A stretch of DNA of 64,000 bases from an uncultured Planctomycetales bacterium (GCA_964511155.1 CAZEEJ010000004.1:1160-65159), one strand, 5' to 3'. Positions 17,899 through 27,556 are shown, counted from the first letter of the stretch. Numbers and translations are program-made. The notes: generated by a model from the sequence alone, not told the origin.

Positions 17899-19032
17899 AT
17901 GTACCGCCATATGCCCGCCGCGATCCACAAGCTCGACCCGATCGACACCCACGCGGATGCGATCCGCGAGGGGGTAGCCTGCCTTGCCGCCGGCGGGCTG
18001 GTCATCTTCCCGACCGAGACCGTTTACGGGGTCGGAGCCAACGCTGCCGACCCGCGGGCGCTGGCCCGCCTTCGCGAGGTCAAAGGCCGGGCGGAGACCA
18101 AGCCGTTCACCGTGCACATCGGCTCACGCTCGGCCGTGGGACGGTTCGTGCCGGACCTGTCTGGCGTCGGCCGCCGCCTGGTCGAGAAGGCGTGGCCAGG
18201 CCCCCTGACCCTCGTGTTTCAGGTGCCCGAACCCGGCGCGGCGCCCGTTATTCGCGACACCTCCACCACGCACATCGAGGCCATGTATCACGAGGGCACC
18301 ATCGGCATCCGCTGCCCGGATGATACCGTCGCCGCTCAACTGCTCAGTGGCTGCACCTTCCCGGTGGTCGCCGCCAGCGCGAATCCTGTCGGCGAGCCCC
18401 CCCCGGTCGACGGCGACCAGGCCCGGGAAGCACTCGGCGGACACGTGGACCTGGTCCTCGACGCCGGCCGATGCCGTTACGGCAAGGCTTCCACCATCGT
18501 GCGCGTGAACCACAACGGCTGCGAAGTCCTCCGCGAAGGCGTATTCGACGCCCGGACCATCCGCCGCCTGGCCCGCTTGAACTTTCTGCTCGTCTGCTCC
18601 GGAAACACCTGCCGAAGTGCCATGGGCGAAGCCATTCTCAGACGCCTCCTGGCCGAACGGCTCGGCTGCGAAGAAGCCGCCCTCGCGGAGCGTGGCTATC
18701 ACGTCGAGTCCGCCGGCACGATGGCCTCCCCGGGAGCACCCGCCTCCGTCGGAGCCGTCGCCGCCCTGATGGGCCGAGGCATCGACCTCGCCCGCCACCG
18801 CTCCACCCCGCTGACCCTTGAAGCCCTGCACCGTGCGGACTACATTCTCGCCATGACCGCCGGCCACCGCAGCAGCGTCGGGGCCCTCCTGCCCGCCGCC
18901 CTGGATCGCTGCCGACTGGTCGATGAAACCGACGTCGAGGATCCCATGGGCGGCGACGCGGCAACCTATACACAATGCGCCCAACGCATCGAGCGAGCCC
19001 TGCGGCGCCAACTGGAGGAGATACCACTTTGA
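17899..19032 (+). CDS. tsaC: Fusion protein: L-threonylcarbamoyladenylate synthase (YrdC/TsaC domain) plus low-molecular-weight protein tyrosine/arginine phosphatase
   Basis: ORF 17674..19032 trimmed to the ATG at 17899 (RBS gaggtg). N-terminal YrdC domain (FPTETVYGVGANA…KGRAETKPFTVHI…ASTIV). C-terminal LMW-PTP with the P-loop VCSGNTCRS and a DP motif (VEDPMGG). Confidence 0.85.
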   Translation: MYRHMPAAIHKLDPIDTHADAIREGVACLAAGGLVIFPTETVYGVGANAADPRALARLREVKGRAETKPFTVHIGSRSAVGRFVPDLSGVGRRLVEKAWPGPLTLVFQVPEPGAAPVIRDTSTTHIEAMYHEGTIGIRCPDDTVAAQLLSGCTFPVVAASANPVGEPPPVDGDQAREALGGHVDLVLDAGRCRYGKASTIVRVNHNGCEVLREGVFDARTIRRLARLNFLLVCSGNTCRSAMGEAILRRLLAERLGCEEAALAERGYHVESAGTMASPGAPASVGAVAALMGRGIDLARHRSTPLTLEALHRADYILAMTAGHRSSVGALLPAALDRCRLVDETDVEDPMGGDAATYTQCAQRIERALRRQLEEIPL

Positions 19033-19514
19033 AGAAAATCGCCCTCGGAGCCGACCACCGGGGCTACCAGGCCAAGGAGAAGGTCAAGACCCTGCTCGCA
19101 TCCATGGGCTACGAGGTCCTGGACTTCGGGACCGACTCGCCCAATAGCTTCGACTACCCGGATGCGGCCTACCCGGCCTGTCAGGCAGTCGTCGCCGGTG
19201 AAGCCATCTGCGGAATCCTGATGTGCGGCACGGGAATCGGCATGTCCATCACCGCCAACAAGGTGCGGGGCATCCGTGCGGCCGTGTGCCACGACGAGGT
19301 CACCACCGAGCTGTCCCGCCGTCACAACGATGCCAACGTCCTCTGCCTGCCCGCGGACCTGATCGGCGAGGAACTCACCCGCCGCATTGTCGATGTCTGG
19401 CTGAAGGCCCGGTTCGAGGGCGGCCGGCACGAACGCCGCCTCCGCAAGATCTCCGACATCGAGGGCGACCAGGGCACCTGTTCGCCCCCGGATCAGCCCG
19501 AGGAGGGTTCGTGA
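19029..19514 (+). CDS. rpiB: Ribose-5-phosphate isomerase B
   Basis: GADHRGYQ…MCGTGIGMSITANK…RHNDANVLCLPA. I place the start at the in-frame TTG at 19029, overlapping the upstream TGA (TTGA). The track ORF starts at 18975. Confidence 0.9.
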   Translation: MKKIALGADHRGYQAKEKVKTLLASMGYEVLDFGTDSPNSFDYPDAAYPACQAVVAGEAICGILMCGTGIGMSITANKVRGIRAAVCHDEVTTELSRRHNDANVLCLPADLIGEELTRRIVDVWLKARFEGGRHERRLRKISDIEGDQGTCSPPDQPEEGS

Positions 19515-19635
19515 CTTTCAGGCAGGGTTCGGGAGCCGTGACCAGGATTCGGAAGCCGTGACGCGGCCGGTGCGAAGCCGCAAGCGGCCGCACTGCGTCA
19601 AGCGCAGTGGCCCACGCCCCCACCCCCGCTCAGTA

Positions 19636-19819
19636 CCCCCCAGTTGCATTCTGCGACCGGGGGGAATGGAGAATGAGGAATGGAGAATTGAGAAAAAGCC
19701 GCCTTCTATGCCTGCCGCCCCACCTCACCACCAGTGAGGTTCACCGGCTGTCCACGGGAGACACGGTTTCTCACTTCTCACTTCTCACTTTTTCCGCGTT
19801 GCGCAATGCAATGTTGGGG
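19636..19819. repeat. Repeat family A, full copy 2 (184 bp), between convergent rpiB and an oxidoreductase gene
   Basis: Left hairpin cccccc-agttgca-ttc-tgcgacc-gggggg (19636..19664). Purine arm gaatggagaatgaggaatggagaattgagaaa, a spacer, then the pyrimidine arm tttctcacttctcacttctcac. Right hairpin ccgcgttgcgcaatgcaatgttgggg ends 20 nt before the minus-strand stop at 19839. Confidence 0.75.
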
Positions 19820-19838
19820 AGTACTCAGTACTCATCAC

Positions 19839-20873
19839 TCACAACTGAATGACCACCCGCGCATCGGTACAGGCACTCTCTTTCTCAGCCAGCGCGATCG
19901 CAACCGAATGCCGGCTCTCCTCGGGCGTACTCCGCGTGGGTCGTTCGTTCCGCTCGATACAGCCCAGAAAGTAGTCGATCTCGTTGAAGTACCCGTCGCC
20001 GCCCGGGGGCATCTCCGGCGTTTCCGGCTGCTGGCCCGACCGATAGAGGGTCACCGGCTTCCCCGAGGACAGATCCCAGAGTATGGCCGCCTGCTCGAAA
20101 ACGGCGGTATAGCCCATGTTGAAGCCGAAGCCGGTCGGCAGGTCCCAGCATCCCTCGAGTTGCACCACCGGTGTACCGGCGTAGTGCCACAGAGCATGCA
20201 CACGGTCGGCGGCTCCGTTCGGCAGAATGCAGGCCTGGGCCGTGACGGCTTGGGGTGGACCGAGCAGGCCGAGCACGTAGTCCACGTCGTGCACGTGCAG
20301 GTCGAGGATCGCCCCGCCGCTCAACTCGGGGTTTAACGCCCAACTGTTCAGCGAGTAAGCAGGCGCCTCCGCCTGCCGTCGCAGATGCAACGCCTGCAGG
20401 GCACCGAAACGCTGGTCCGTAATCGCCTTCGCGAGGTAGACGTACTCCGGCCAGAAGCGAATGCACTGGGCGATCATGAACCGGCCCGGCGCCCCGTCCG
20501 CAGCCACGAGCATCTCGTCACAATCCGCGAGGTTCAGTGCCATGGGCTTCTCGCAGAGCACGTGTTTCCCCGCGCGCAACGCGGCGGTGACGATCTCGCG
20601 ATGCGTGAACGTGGGCGTGCAGATATCCACCAGCTCGACTCGCGGGTCGGCCACCAGATCCTGCCATGCGGTATAGGGTTTGATACTCCCCAGATCCCGC
20701 TTGGTACCCTGGGCATCCCCCAGATTCCCGCCGACCTTCGACCAGTCCCCTGCCCTCCGGTCGGCATCCTTGTCGCACAGGGCCACGACCTGAGCCCGGC
20801 CGCTCAGCTTCTCATACTGGTTGAAGTGATTCCGCCCAATGAATCCCGCACCGATCAGCCCCACTCGGATCAT
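19839..20873 (-). CDS. Gfo/Idh/MocA-family oxidoreductase (cytoplasmic)
   Basis: ORF trimmed to the ATG at 20873 (RBS gggagga). IRVGLIGAGFIGRNH Rossmann segment and a CEKPMAL motif. 344 aa. Confidence 0.85.
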   Translation of the reverse strand: MIRVGLIGAGFIGRNHFNQYEKLSGRAQVVALCDKDADRRAGDWSKVGGNLGDAQGTKRDLGSIKPYTAWQDLVADPRVELVDICTPTFTHREIVTAALRAGKHVLCEKPMALNLADCDEMLVAADGAPGRFMIAQCIRFWPEYVYLAKAITDQRFGALQALHLRRQAEAPAYSLNSWALNPELSGGAILDLHVHDVDYVLGLLGPPQAVTAQACILPNGAADRVHALWHYAGTPVVQLEGCWDLPTGFGFNMGYTAVFEQAAILWDLSSGKPVTLYRSGQQPETPEMPPGGDGYFNEIDYFLGCIERNERPTRSTPEESRHSVAIALAEKESACTDARVVIQL

Positions 20874-20890
20874 AAACTTTCCTCCCGTAT

Positions 20891-20994
20891 GGCGGTGTGC
20901 CACCGCTCCTCGAGCCGTTCGCGGTGTGCCACCGCTCTTTGAGCAGTGCGCCGTGTGCAACCGCTCTTTGAGCAGTGCGAACGCGTGCAACGCC
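20891..20994. repeat. Three degenerate tandem copies of the family-B hairpin
   Basis: ggtgtgccaccgctcctcgagccgttcg / cggtgtgccaccgctctttgagcagtgcg / ccgtgtgcaaccgctctttgagcagtgcg. Confidence 0.7.
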
Positions 20995-21073
20995 CCCGTC
21001 TCTCGGACCCTTGGGCGGCCCGGGGAGCGCGGCCACCATGACGCAACCATTCCGCCGGACATCGTACACTGGT

Positions 21074-21210
21074 GGGTGGCCCATTCTTGCGCAGCAAGGG
21101 TGGGCTCGCGATGATCGAACGCGTAAGAAAGCCTGCGTGACCAAGCAGCCGTTCTGCATTCGTATCATCGCGAGCCCACCCATCGCGTTGCGATGGATGG
21201 GCCACCCGCC
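21074..21210. repeat. Repeat family F, full copy 2
   Basis: gggtggcccattcttgcgcagcaagggtgggctcgcgatgatcg … tatcatcgcgagcccacccatcgcgttgcgatggatgggccacccgcc, with a 46-nt unrelated interior. Confidence 0.75.
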
Positions 21211-21311
21211 CTCATACCTGTGGCGCCGGTTCGTAACCGGTGCTCCCCGGCCACATCGTACACCGGGCGGCAGTCTTGCGGAAGAGCCGACCTCGCGTAT
21301 CATGGTCGCCC

Positions 21312-24300
21312 ATGATGAGCACCATTACTTTGTTCGCAACCATCGGATGCATGACCATGCTGACGGCCGACAATGTGCCCTGGCCCGAACACCCCCGCCC
21401 GGACTTCAAACGCGACCCCTGGGTCAACCTCAACGGCCCGTGGGCCTTCGCATTCGACCCCCAGGACAAGGGCGAAAAGGACCAATGGTTCGTCCCCGGG
21501 CGCCACGCGTTTGAGCGTCAGATCGTGGTGCCCTTCCCCTGGGAGAGTCGGCTCAGCGGCATCGGCGACACGGAGTACAAGGGAGTCGCCTGGTACTCAC
21601 GGGATGTGACGCTGCCCGACGGGCCGCAGTGGGCCGGCCGCAACGCCTGGCTGGTCGTCGGGGCCTGCGACTTCGAGGCCAAGGTCTGGGTCAACGGGCA
21701 ACCCGCCGCCGAGCATGTCGGCGGCTACACCCCCTTCGAGGTCAATCTCGCCCCCTTCGCCAAACCGGGCGACAAGGTGTCGATCGTCATTCGCGCGGTC
21801 GACCGGACCAACGACCAACAGCCGACCGGCAAGCAGATCGGCTGGTACACCCGAACCAGCGGCATCTGGCAGACCGTCTACCTGGAACCGCGCGGGCCGG
21901 GCTTCATCCGGGCCCTCCGCGGCCGCGCCGACATCCACGCCGGCACAATGTCCTACGAAATCACGACTTCCGAACGACCGGCGGGCCGACTCACCCTGCG
22001 CAGTCCCCATGACGCCTTTGCTCCCGTGGAAGTCGCCGTACCCGCCGGAACAGCGCCGCTCGTCGGCTCGATCACCGTCAAAGAGCCCAAGCTGTGGTCC
22101 CCCGACACGCCGGTACTCTACGACCTCCTCGTGGAACTCGCCGACGGCGGGGGCCAGGTCACCGATCGCGTCGAAAGCTACTTCGGACTGCGCGAAGTCT
22201 CCGTCGGCAAGGCCCCCGGCCGCGATTACCAGTACATCTTGCTCAACGGCAAGCCCATCTACCTCCTCGGGGCCCTGCACCAGTCCTTCCATCCTGACTC
22301 CATCCACCAATACCCCGACGACGCCGTCATGCGCAGCGACTACGAGCTCTGCAAACGCGTCGGCCTCAACTTCCTCCGCATCCACATCAAGACCCCCGTC
22401 CCCCGCGAACTCTACTGGGCGGACCGGCTCGGCGTGCTCATCATGCAGGACATGCCCAACTACTGGGCGCACACGCCCCAGGCCCAGAAGTGGTGGCAGG
22501 AGATGGCCGAGGCGGCTATCGAGCGCGACTACAACCACCCCGCCGTCTTCTCCTGGTGCCTGTTCAACGAGACCTGGGGCATCGGCTCCGGCGGGTACGC
22601 GCCCGATCGGCAACAGTGGGTCACCGACATGTACCACTTCGCCAAGAAACTCGACCCCACCCGTCTTATCGAGGACAACTCGCCCTGCAACTACGACCAC
22701 GTCATCACCGACATCAACTCCTGGCATTTCTACATCAACGATTACGGTGCAGCCCGCACCCACATCCAGGACGTCGTGGACAAGACGTTCCCCGGCTCGA
22801 CGTTCAACTACATCGGAGGCCACAAACAGACCGACGCCCCGCTCATCAACAGCGAGTACGGCGGCATCGGGGCCGGCAGCGGCGACATGGACGTAAGCTG
22901 GTGTTTCAAGTACCTGACCAACGAACTGCGGCGCCACGACAAAATCTGCGGGTACATTTACACTGAGCTGTCGGACATCGAGTGGGAGCACAACGGCTTC
23001 GTCAATTACGACCGCTCCCCCAAGGAGTTCGGCTACCAGGCCTGGCACCCGGGCTTCTCGCTCAAGGACCTCAACAACCCCGACTTCGTCGTGCTCGACG
23101 CCCCCCCGCTGGTGGACCTGAAGCCCGGCGAAACGCGTTCCATCCCCGTGCTCATCAGCCACTTCTCCGGGCGGCAGGCCCGCGATCTGAAACTCTGCTG
23201 GCGCGTCGATTGGCAGGACCCCCTGCTGCCCGAGGAGACCGAAGCCACGCTCAAAAGCTGGTACTGCGAACCGGCCGCCTGGGAGGATTACCGCGTCGTC
23301 GACTTCAAACCGCTGGAGGTCCGGGCCGACGAGGTCGCAACCCTGGGCGCCCTGCTGGTCGAGCTGCGCGACGGCGATGAAGTCCTGACCCGCAACTACC
23401 TGAACCTCCGCGTGGACCACGGCCCCGCCCCGCGGCTTGAGATCGACGAACACGGGATGGTGATGCTGCGGTTCGAGCCCGCCGATTTCGCCGTCTGGAG
23501 CTTTGGCAACGAAGTCCCCTTCCTGGGCGGTCCTGATCTTCAGAAGGTCAGCGGTCACGGAGCCGGCGCCGTCGAGTACCACCTTCGGTTGCCGGACGGC
23601 CTGCAGACCGACAACGTGGCCGGCCTCGTCCTCATGGCGGAACTCTCCAGCAAAGCGGATAAGGAGCGGCTCGACTGGCCCGCCCGTCCGCGGGGACATA
23701 CCCGCACCCACCACCCGCAAACTGACGGACGCAAGTGGCCCACGGACCTCGCCGTCCAGATCAATGGTGTCCCCATCGCCACACAGACCCTCCCGGACGA
23801 TCCCGCCGACGCCCGCGGCGTGCTGTCGCATCATCGCGGCCATCACCCCGGTTCCTATGGCCAACTGTTGACCCTGCTGGCCGAAGGCGACTCGCTCGCC
23901 CGGATCATGCGGGCCGCCGAAAGCGACCGGATCCTCCGCGTGCGGTTCGAAGTCCCCGGATCGAGTACCCGAAGCGGTGGGCTGGCCGTCTTCGGCGAGA
24001 CCATGGGGCGGTACGCGGTCGAACCGACCTGCCTGCTGGCCCTTCGTTCGCCGCAGGGTCTCAATGTGGGTGAAGCCTCCGCTCAGCCCGTCGCCGTCAA
24101 CCGCCTCCGTGACCAGTGGAAAGCCCCCCTGCCCTCCGCCGAGACGGGCACCCAGGAGTGGCACTACACCACGGACAAACCGCCGGACAACTGGACCCAC
24201 CCCGACTTCAGCACCGTCACCTGGAAAGCGGGAGCCGGCGGCTTTGGCAGCCCCGGAACTCCCGGCGCCATCGTGAAGACCCCATGGCTCACGCCGGAGA

Positions 24301-24578
24301 TCTGGCTCCGTACCGAGGTGTTCATCGAGAACCCCGATGCCATCCGCAGCGCCCACTGGCGGCTCCACCACGACGAGGACGTGGTCATCTACCTCAACGG
24401 CCAGAAGGTGCAGGAACGCAAGGGCCACACCCAGCACTACGTCACCGTGCCCCTGAGCCCGGAGGCCCGCAAGGCCCTGCGTTCCGGACGCAACGTCGTA
24501 GCCGTCCACTGCCGCCAGACCGGCGGAGGACAGAACATCGACGTCGGCATCCGCCTCCTGCTCCACGCCGACCGCTGA
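21312..24578 (+). CDS. Glycoside hydrolase family 2-like enzyme with a C-terminal jelly-roll/galactose-binding-like domain
   Basis: Start trimmed to the ATG at 21312 (uncertain; no signal peptide seen). GH2-like N-terminal sugar-binding region (GVAWYSRDVTLP…). TIM barrel with NHPAVFSWCLFNETWG (acid/base NE) and INSEYGGIG (nucleophile E). Confidence 0.8.
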   Translation: MMSTITLFATIGCMTMLTADNVPWPEHPRPDFKRDPWVNLNGPWAFAFDPQDKGEKDQWFVPGRHAFERQIVVPFPWESRLSGIGDTEYKGVAWYSRDVTLPDGPQWAGRNAWLVVGACDFEAKVWVNGQPAAEHVGGYTPFEVNLAPFAKPGDKVSIVIRAVDRTNDQQPTGKQIGWYTRTSGIWQTVYLEPRGPGFIRALRGRADIHAGTMSYEITTSERPAGRLTLRSPHDAFAPVEVAVPAGTAPLVGSITVKEPKLWSPDTPVLYDLLVELADGGGQVTDRVESYFGLREVSVGKAPGRDYQYILLNGKPIYLLGALHQSFHPDSIHQYPDDAVMRSDYELCKRVGLNFLRIHIKTPVPRELYWADRLGVLIMQDMPNYWAHTPQAQKWWQEMAEAAIERDYNHPAVFSWCLFNETWGIGSGGYAPDRQQWVTDMYHFAKKLDPTRLIEDNSPCNYDHVITDINSWHFYINDYGAARTHIQDVVDKTFPGSTFNYIGGHKQTDAPLINSEYGGIGAGSGDMDVSWCFKYLTNELRRHDKICGYIYTELSDIEWEHNGFVNYDRSPKEFGYQAWHPGFSLKDLNNPDFVVLDAPPLVDLKPGETRSIPVLISHFSGRQARDLKLCWRVDWQDPLLPEETEATLKSWYCEPAAWEDYRVVDFKPLEVRADEVATLGALLVELRDGDEVLTRNYLNLRVDHGPAPRLEIDEHGMVMLRFEPADFAVWSFGNEVPFLGGPDLQKVSGHGAGAVEYHLRLPDGLQTDNVAGLVLMAELSSKADKERLDWPARPRGHTRTHHPQTDGRKWPTDLAVQINGVPIATQTLPDDPADARGVLSHHRGHHPGSYGQLLTLLAEGDSLARIMRAAESDRILRVRFEVPGSSTRSGGLAVFGETMGRYAVEPTCLLALRSPQGLNVGEASAQPVAVNRLRDQWKAPLPSAETGTQEWHYTTDKPPDNWTHPDFSTVTWKAGAGGFGSPGTPGAIVKTPWLTPEIWLRTEVFIENPDAIRSAHWRLHHDEDVVIYLNGQKVQERKGHTQHYVTVPLSPEARKALRSGRNVVAVHCRQTGGGQNIDVGIRLLLHADR

Positions 24579-24580
24579 CG

Positions 24581-24700
24581 AGTCGGGAATCGGGGGTCGG
24601 AGGTCGGGGCTCGGGGATCGGGGGTCGGGGCGACCGGCCGCTTGCGGCTTCGCACGGCCGCGTGCAGGTCCCCCGTGTGCCACTGCTCTTGGAGCAGTGC
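24581..24700 (+). repeat. Composite module D+C+B starting 3 nt after the GH2 stop
   Basis: Heptads agtcggg aatcggg ggtcgga ggtcggg gctcggg gatcggg ggtcggg, then ccgcttgcggcttcgcacggccgcgtgcaggtcccccgtgtgccactgctcttggagcagtgc. Confidence 0.8.
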
Positions 24701-24882
24701 CGAACGCGCGTCACGCCCCGTTGCCCCCGGAACCGGCGGCCTCGAAAACCGCTCCCCGGTGGGCTATAGTCTCTTTGTATCGCAGTCTCTTTGTACCGCG
24801 GCATGTACCCGATGCGACGCCGCTTTGCGGCTTCGCACGGGACTGGAAAACATCCGCCTTCGGATAGCAAGGGAGTCCACTC

Positions 24883-26718
24883 ATGATGCGAAGTGATCTG
24901 ATCAAGCGCGGCGTTGAACGCGCCCCCCACCGCAGCCTGCTCAAAGGCACGGGCAATTACACCGATGCCGATCTGGACAAGCCGTTCATCGCCGTCGTCA
25001 ACTCCTTCGTCGAGATCATCCCCGGGCACGCCCACCTGGACAAGGTCGGCTATTACATCAAGGACGCGGTCCGCGCCGCCGGCGGCGTGCCCTTCATCTT
25101 CAACACCATCGGCATCGACGATGGCATCGCCATGGGCCACCTGGGGATGAAGTTCTCCCTGCCCAGCCGCGAGCTGATCGCCGACTGCGTCGAGTCGATG
25201 ATCGAGGCCCACCGCTTCGACGCCATGATCTGCATCCCCAACTGCGACAAGATCGTCCCCGGCATGATGATGGCCGCCGCCCGATGCAACATCCCCATGA
25301 TCTTCGTCAGCGGCGGGCCCATGGAAGCCGGGCGGACCTCCAGCGGCCAGAAGGTCGACCTCATCAGTGCCTTCTACGCCGTCAGCCAGCACACCGCCGG
25401 CCGCATGAGCGACTCCGAACTCGCCGATATCGAAAACCACGCCTGCCCGACCTGCGGAAGCTGCTCCGGCATGTTCACCGCCAACAGCATGAACTGCCTG
25501 GCCGAGGCCCTCGGCATCGCTCTGCCCGGCAACGGCACCATGCTGGCCACCAGCGAGGACCGCAAGCGGCTCTACCAGGCGGCCGCCCGCAGGATCGTCG
25601 AGCTGGCCAAGGCCGGCGGCCCCCTGCCGCGCCAGATCCTGACCCGCGGGGCCTTCGAGAACGCCATGATCCTCGACATGGCCATGGGCGGCTCGACCAA
25701 CACCGTCCTGCACATCCTGGCCATCGCCCACGAGGCCGGCGTGCCGTTCACCATGAAGGATATCGACGCCCTCTCTCGAAGAACGCCGAACCTGTGCAAA
25801 CTGGCTCCATCCGCCGGCGACGAAGGCCGCATGTACCACATCGAGGACTGCCAGGCCGCCGGCGGGATCATGACCATCCTCGGCGAACTCATGCGCGGCA
25901 AGCCGGGCCTGCTCAACGAGGACTGCGTCACCGTCACCGGCCGCACCATCGCCGAGAATATCCGGGAGCACGACATCCGCGCCCGCGGCGAGAAGATCCG
26001 CGTCGACGGCATCAGCACCGCCGCCCGCAGCGAACTGAGCAAGTACACCGCCAACGCCGGCAGCGGCGGCGCCGCCGTGCTCACGGTGCTCGATGAAAAC
26101 ATGTTCGACCCCGACGACTGCATCCGCTCCGTCGAGCGGGCCTACTCCCCCGAGGGCGGGCTGAGCATTCTGTACGGCAACATCGCCCAGGAAGGCGCGG
26201 TCGTCAAAACCGCCGGCGTGGACAAGAAAATGCTCGTGCACACCGGCCCGGCGGTGATCTTCGAGAGCCAGGAGGAGGCCTGTGAAGGCATCCTGGCCGG
26301 CAAGGTGAAGCCCGGTGACGTGGTGGTCATCCGCTACGAAGGCCCCCGGGGCGGCCCCGGCATGCAGGAGATGCTCGCCCCGACCAGCTATATCAAGGGT
26401 TTTCCCGAGCTGGCCAACTCCGTGGCCCTCATCACCGACGGGCGCTTCAGCGGCGGAACCGCCGGGGCGTGCATCGGGCACGTCAGCCCCGAGGCCGCCC
26501 GCGGCGGGGCCATCGGGCTCCTCCAGGCCGGCGACGTCATCGAAATCGACATCCCCGGCCGCAAGCTCAACGCCCGGCTGTCCGATGCTGAACTGGCCCA
26601 GCGCCGCAAGGCCTGGACACCGCCCGCCCCACGCTTCAAAACCGGCTACCTGGCCAAGTACACCAGCATGGCCACCAGCGCCGCCACGGGAGCAGTCCTC
26701 AAGTGGGACCAGGCGTAA
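24883..26718 (+). CDS. ilvD: Dihydroxy-acid dehydratase
   Basis: 611 aa. RSLLKGTG…, [29 protein letters not shown] and the C-terminal [10 protein letters not shown] motifs. Confidence 0.95.
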   Translation: MMRSDLIKRGVERAPHRSLLKGTGNYTDADLDKPFIAVVNSFVEIIPGHAHLDKVGYYIKDAVRAAGGVPFIFNTIGIDDGIAMGHLGMKFSLPSRELIADCVESMIEAHRFDAMICIPNCDKIVPGMMMAAARCNIPMIFVSGGPMEAGRTSSGQKVDLISAFYAVSQHTAGRMSDSELADIENHACPTCGSCSGMFTANSMNCLAEALGIALPGNGTMLATSEDRKRLYQAAARRIVELAKAGGPLPRQILTRGAFENAMILDMAMGGSTNTVLHILAIAHEAGVPFTMKDIDALSRRTPNLCKLAPSAGDEGRMYHIEDCQAAGGIMTILGELMRGKPGLLNEDCVTVTGRTIAENIREHDIRARGEKIRVDGISTAARSELSKYTANAGSGGAAVLTVLDENMFDPDDCIRSVERAYSPEGGLSILYGNIAQEGAVVKTAGVDKKMLVHTGPAVIFESQEEACEGILAGKVKPGDVVVIRYEGPRGGPGMQEMLAPTSYIKGFPELANSVALITDGRFSGGTAGACIGHVSPEAARGGAIGLLQAGDVIEIDIPGRKLNARLSDAELAQRRKAWTPPAPRFKTGYLAKYTSMATSAATGAVLKWDQA

Positions 26719-26765
26719 CCGCCGCAGATAACGAGCCCCAAGCGCAAGCGCGGGGTTTCGCGTGG

Positions 26766-26855
26766 AAGGTCGGGGATCGGGGGCAACCAGCCGCTTGCGG
26801 CTTCGCACGACAGCGTGCAGATCCCCCAGTGTGCCACTGCTCTTTTGAGCAGTGC
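26766..26855 (+). repeat. Composite module D+C+B (short heptad part) between ilvD and the thioredoxin-like gene
   Basis: aaggtcggggatcgggggcaaccagccgcttgcggcttcgcacgacagcgtgcagatcccccagtgtgccactgctcttttgagcagtgc. Confidence 0.8.
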
Positions 26856-26893
26856 GGCGAGCGAACAACGCCGCCAAGCCGAGGAATGACACG

Positions 26894-27394
26894 ATGAGCA
26901 CCGATCCGGAAACCAACGACCCGCGGCCTTCCTGTGCCACCGGCAGTTGCGGCGGCAGATCATGGATGGTATGGCTCGGCCTGCTGGCCGTGATCGTCCT
27001 CTACACCGTGCTGGATCACCGCAGTAACCAGACCACCCCGGCCGCCTTCACCTGGGTCGAAGACTTCGACGCCGGTCTGGCCGAGGCCCGGCGCACCAAC
27101 CGCCCGGTCCTCCTCAAGTTCTACGCCACCTGGTGCGCCCCCTGCCGCATTCTCGACCGGGAGGTCTTCAGTCGCCAGGACGTCGCCGAGGCCTTGGCCG
27201 GCTGGGTCCCCATCAGTATCGACGTGGACAAGCAGGAGCCGATCGCGGATCGCTATGAGATATCCAGCATCCCCGTGATGCTGGCCCTGAGCCCCACTGG
27301 CGAGGTGCTCGCCCGGGTTAACGGGACCCTCTCCGCCGAAGAGTTCATCCGCTTCGTCCGTGACCACCAACCCGCCGTCCCGGCCGGCAAGTGA
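26894..27394 (+). CDS. Membrane-anchored thioredoxin-fold protein
   Basis: Start trimmed to the ATG at 26894. One TM (WMVWLGLLAVIVLYTVL). Active site WCAPC. Confidence 0.8.
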   Translation: MSTDPETNDPRPSCATGSCGGRSWMVWLGLLAVIVLYTVLDHRSNQTTPAAFTWVEDFDAGLAEARRTNRPVLLKFYATWCAPCRILDREVFSRQDVAEALAGWVPISIDVDKQEPIADRYEISSIPVMLALSPTGEVLARVNGTLSAEEFIRFVRDHQPAVPAGK

Positions 27395-27397
27395 CCA

Positions 27398-27556
27398 CGG
27401 GTCGCGGATCGGGAATCGGGGATCGGGAGTCGGGGATCGGGAGTCGGGAGTCGGGGGTCGAAGATCGGGGATCGGGGATCGGGGATCGGGGATCAGGGGT
27501 CGGGGATCGGGGGTCGGAGATCGGGGTCGAAGATCGGGGATCGAGGATTGGGGATC
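27398..27556 (+). repeat. Family D: about 160-bp tandem heptad array (GGGGATC / GGGAGTC variants), G-rich on the + strand
   Basis: It starts 4 nt after the thioredoxin-like gene stop. It has more than 20 G-runs of at least 3 separated by 3-4 nt, and about a dozen GATC tetranucleotides by my count. Confidence 0.9.

Noticed and set aside
24768-24795. Direct repeat AGTCTCTTTGTA-tcgc-AGTCTCTTTGTA upstream of ilvD as an operator or attenuator
   Set aside because: It is real in the sequence, but I cannot link it to any known ilv regulation (no leader peptide, no T-box features), and it sits among repeat modules. Noted only.
24442-26940. 832-aa minus-strand ORF, one of the longest in the track
   Set aside because: It is antisense to ilvD, whose identity is unambiguous. 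Its composition is Gly/Ala/Asp/Val-rich with no motifs, the typical shadow ORF of a high-G+C gene. The same reasoning applies to 21597..24683 (antisense to GH2), 47924..49669 (antisense to lepA), 31443..33209, 3921..5333, 53809..54744, 55273..56745, 59625..61559, 62196..63269 and 28620..30200.
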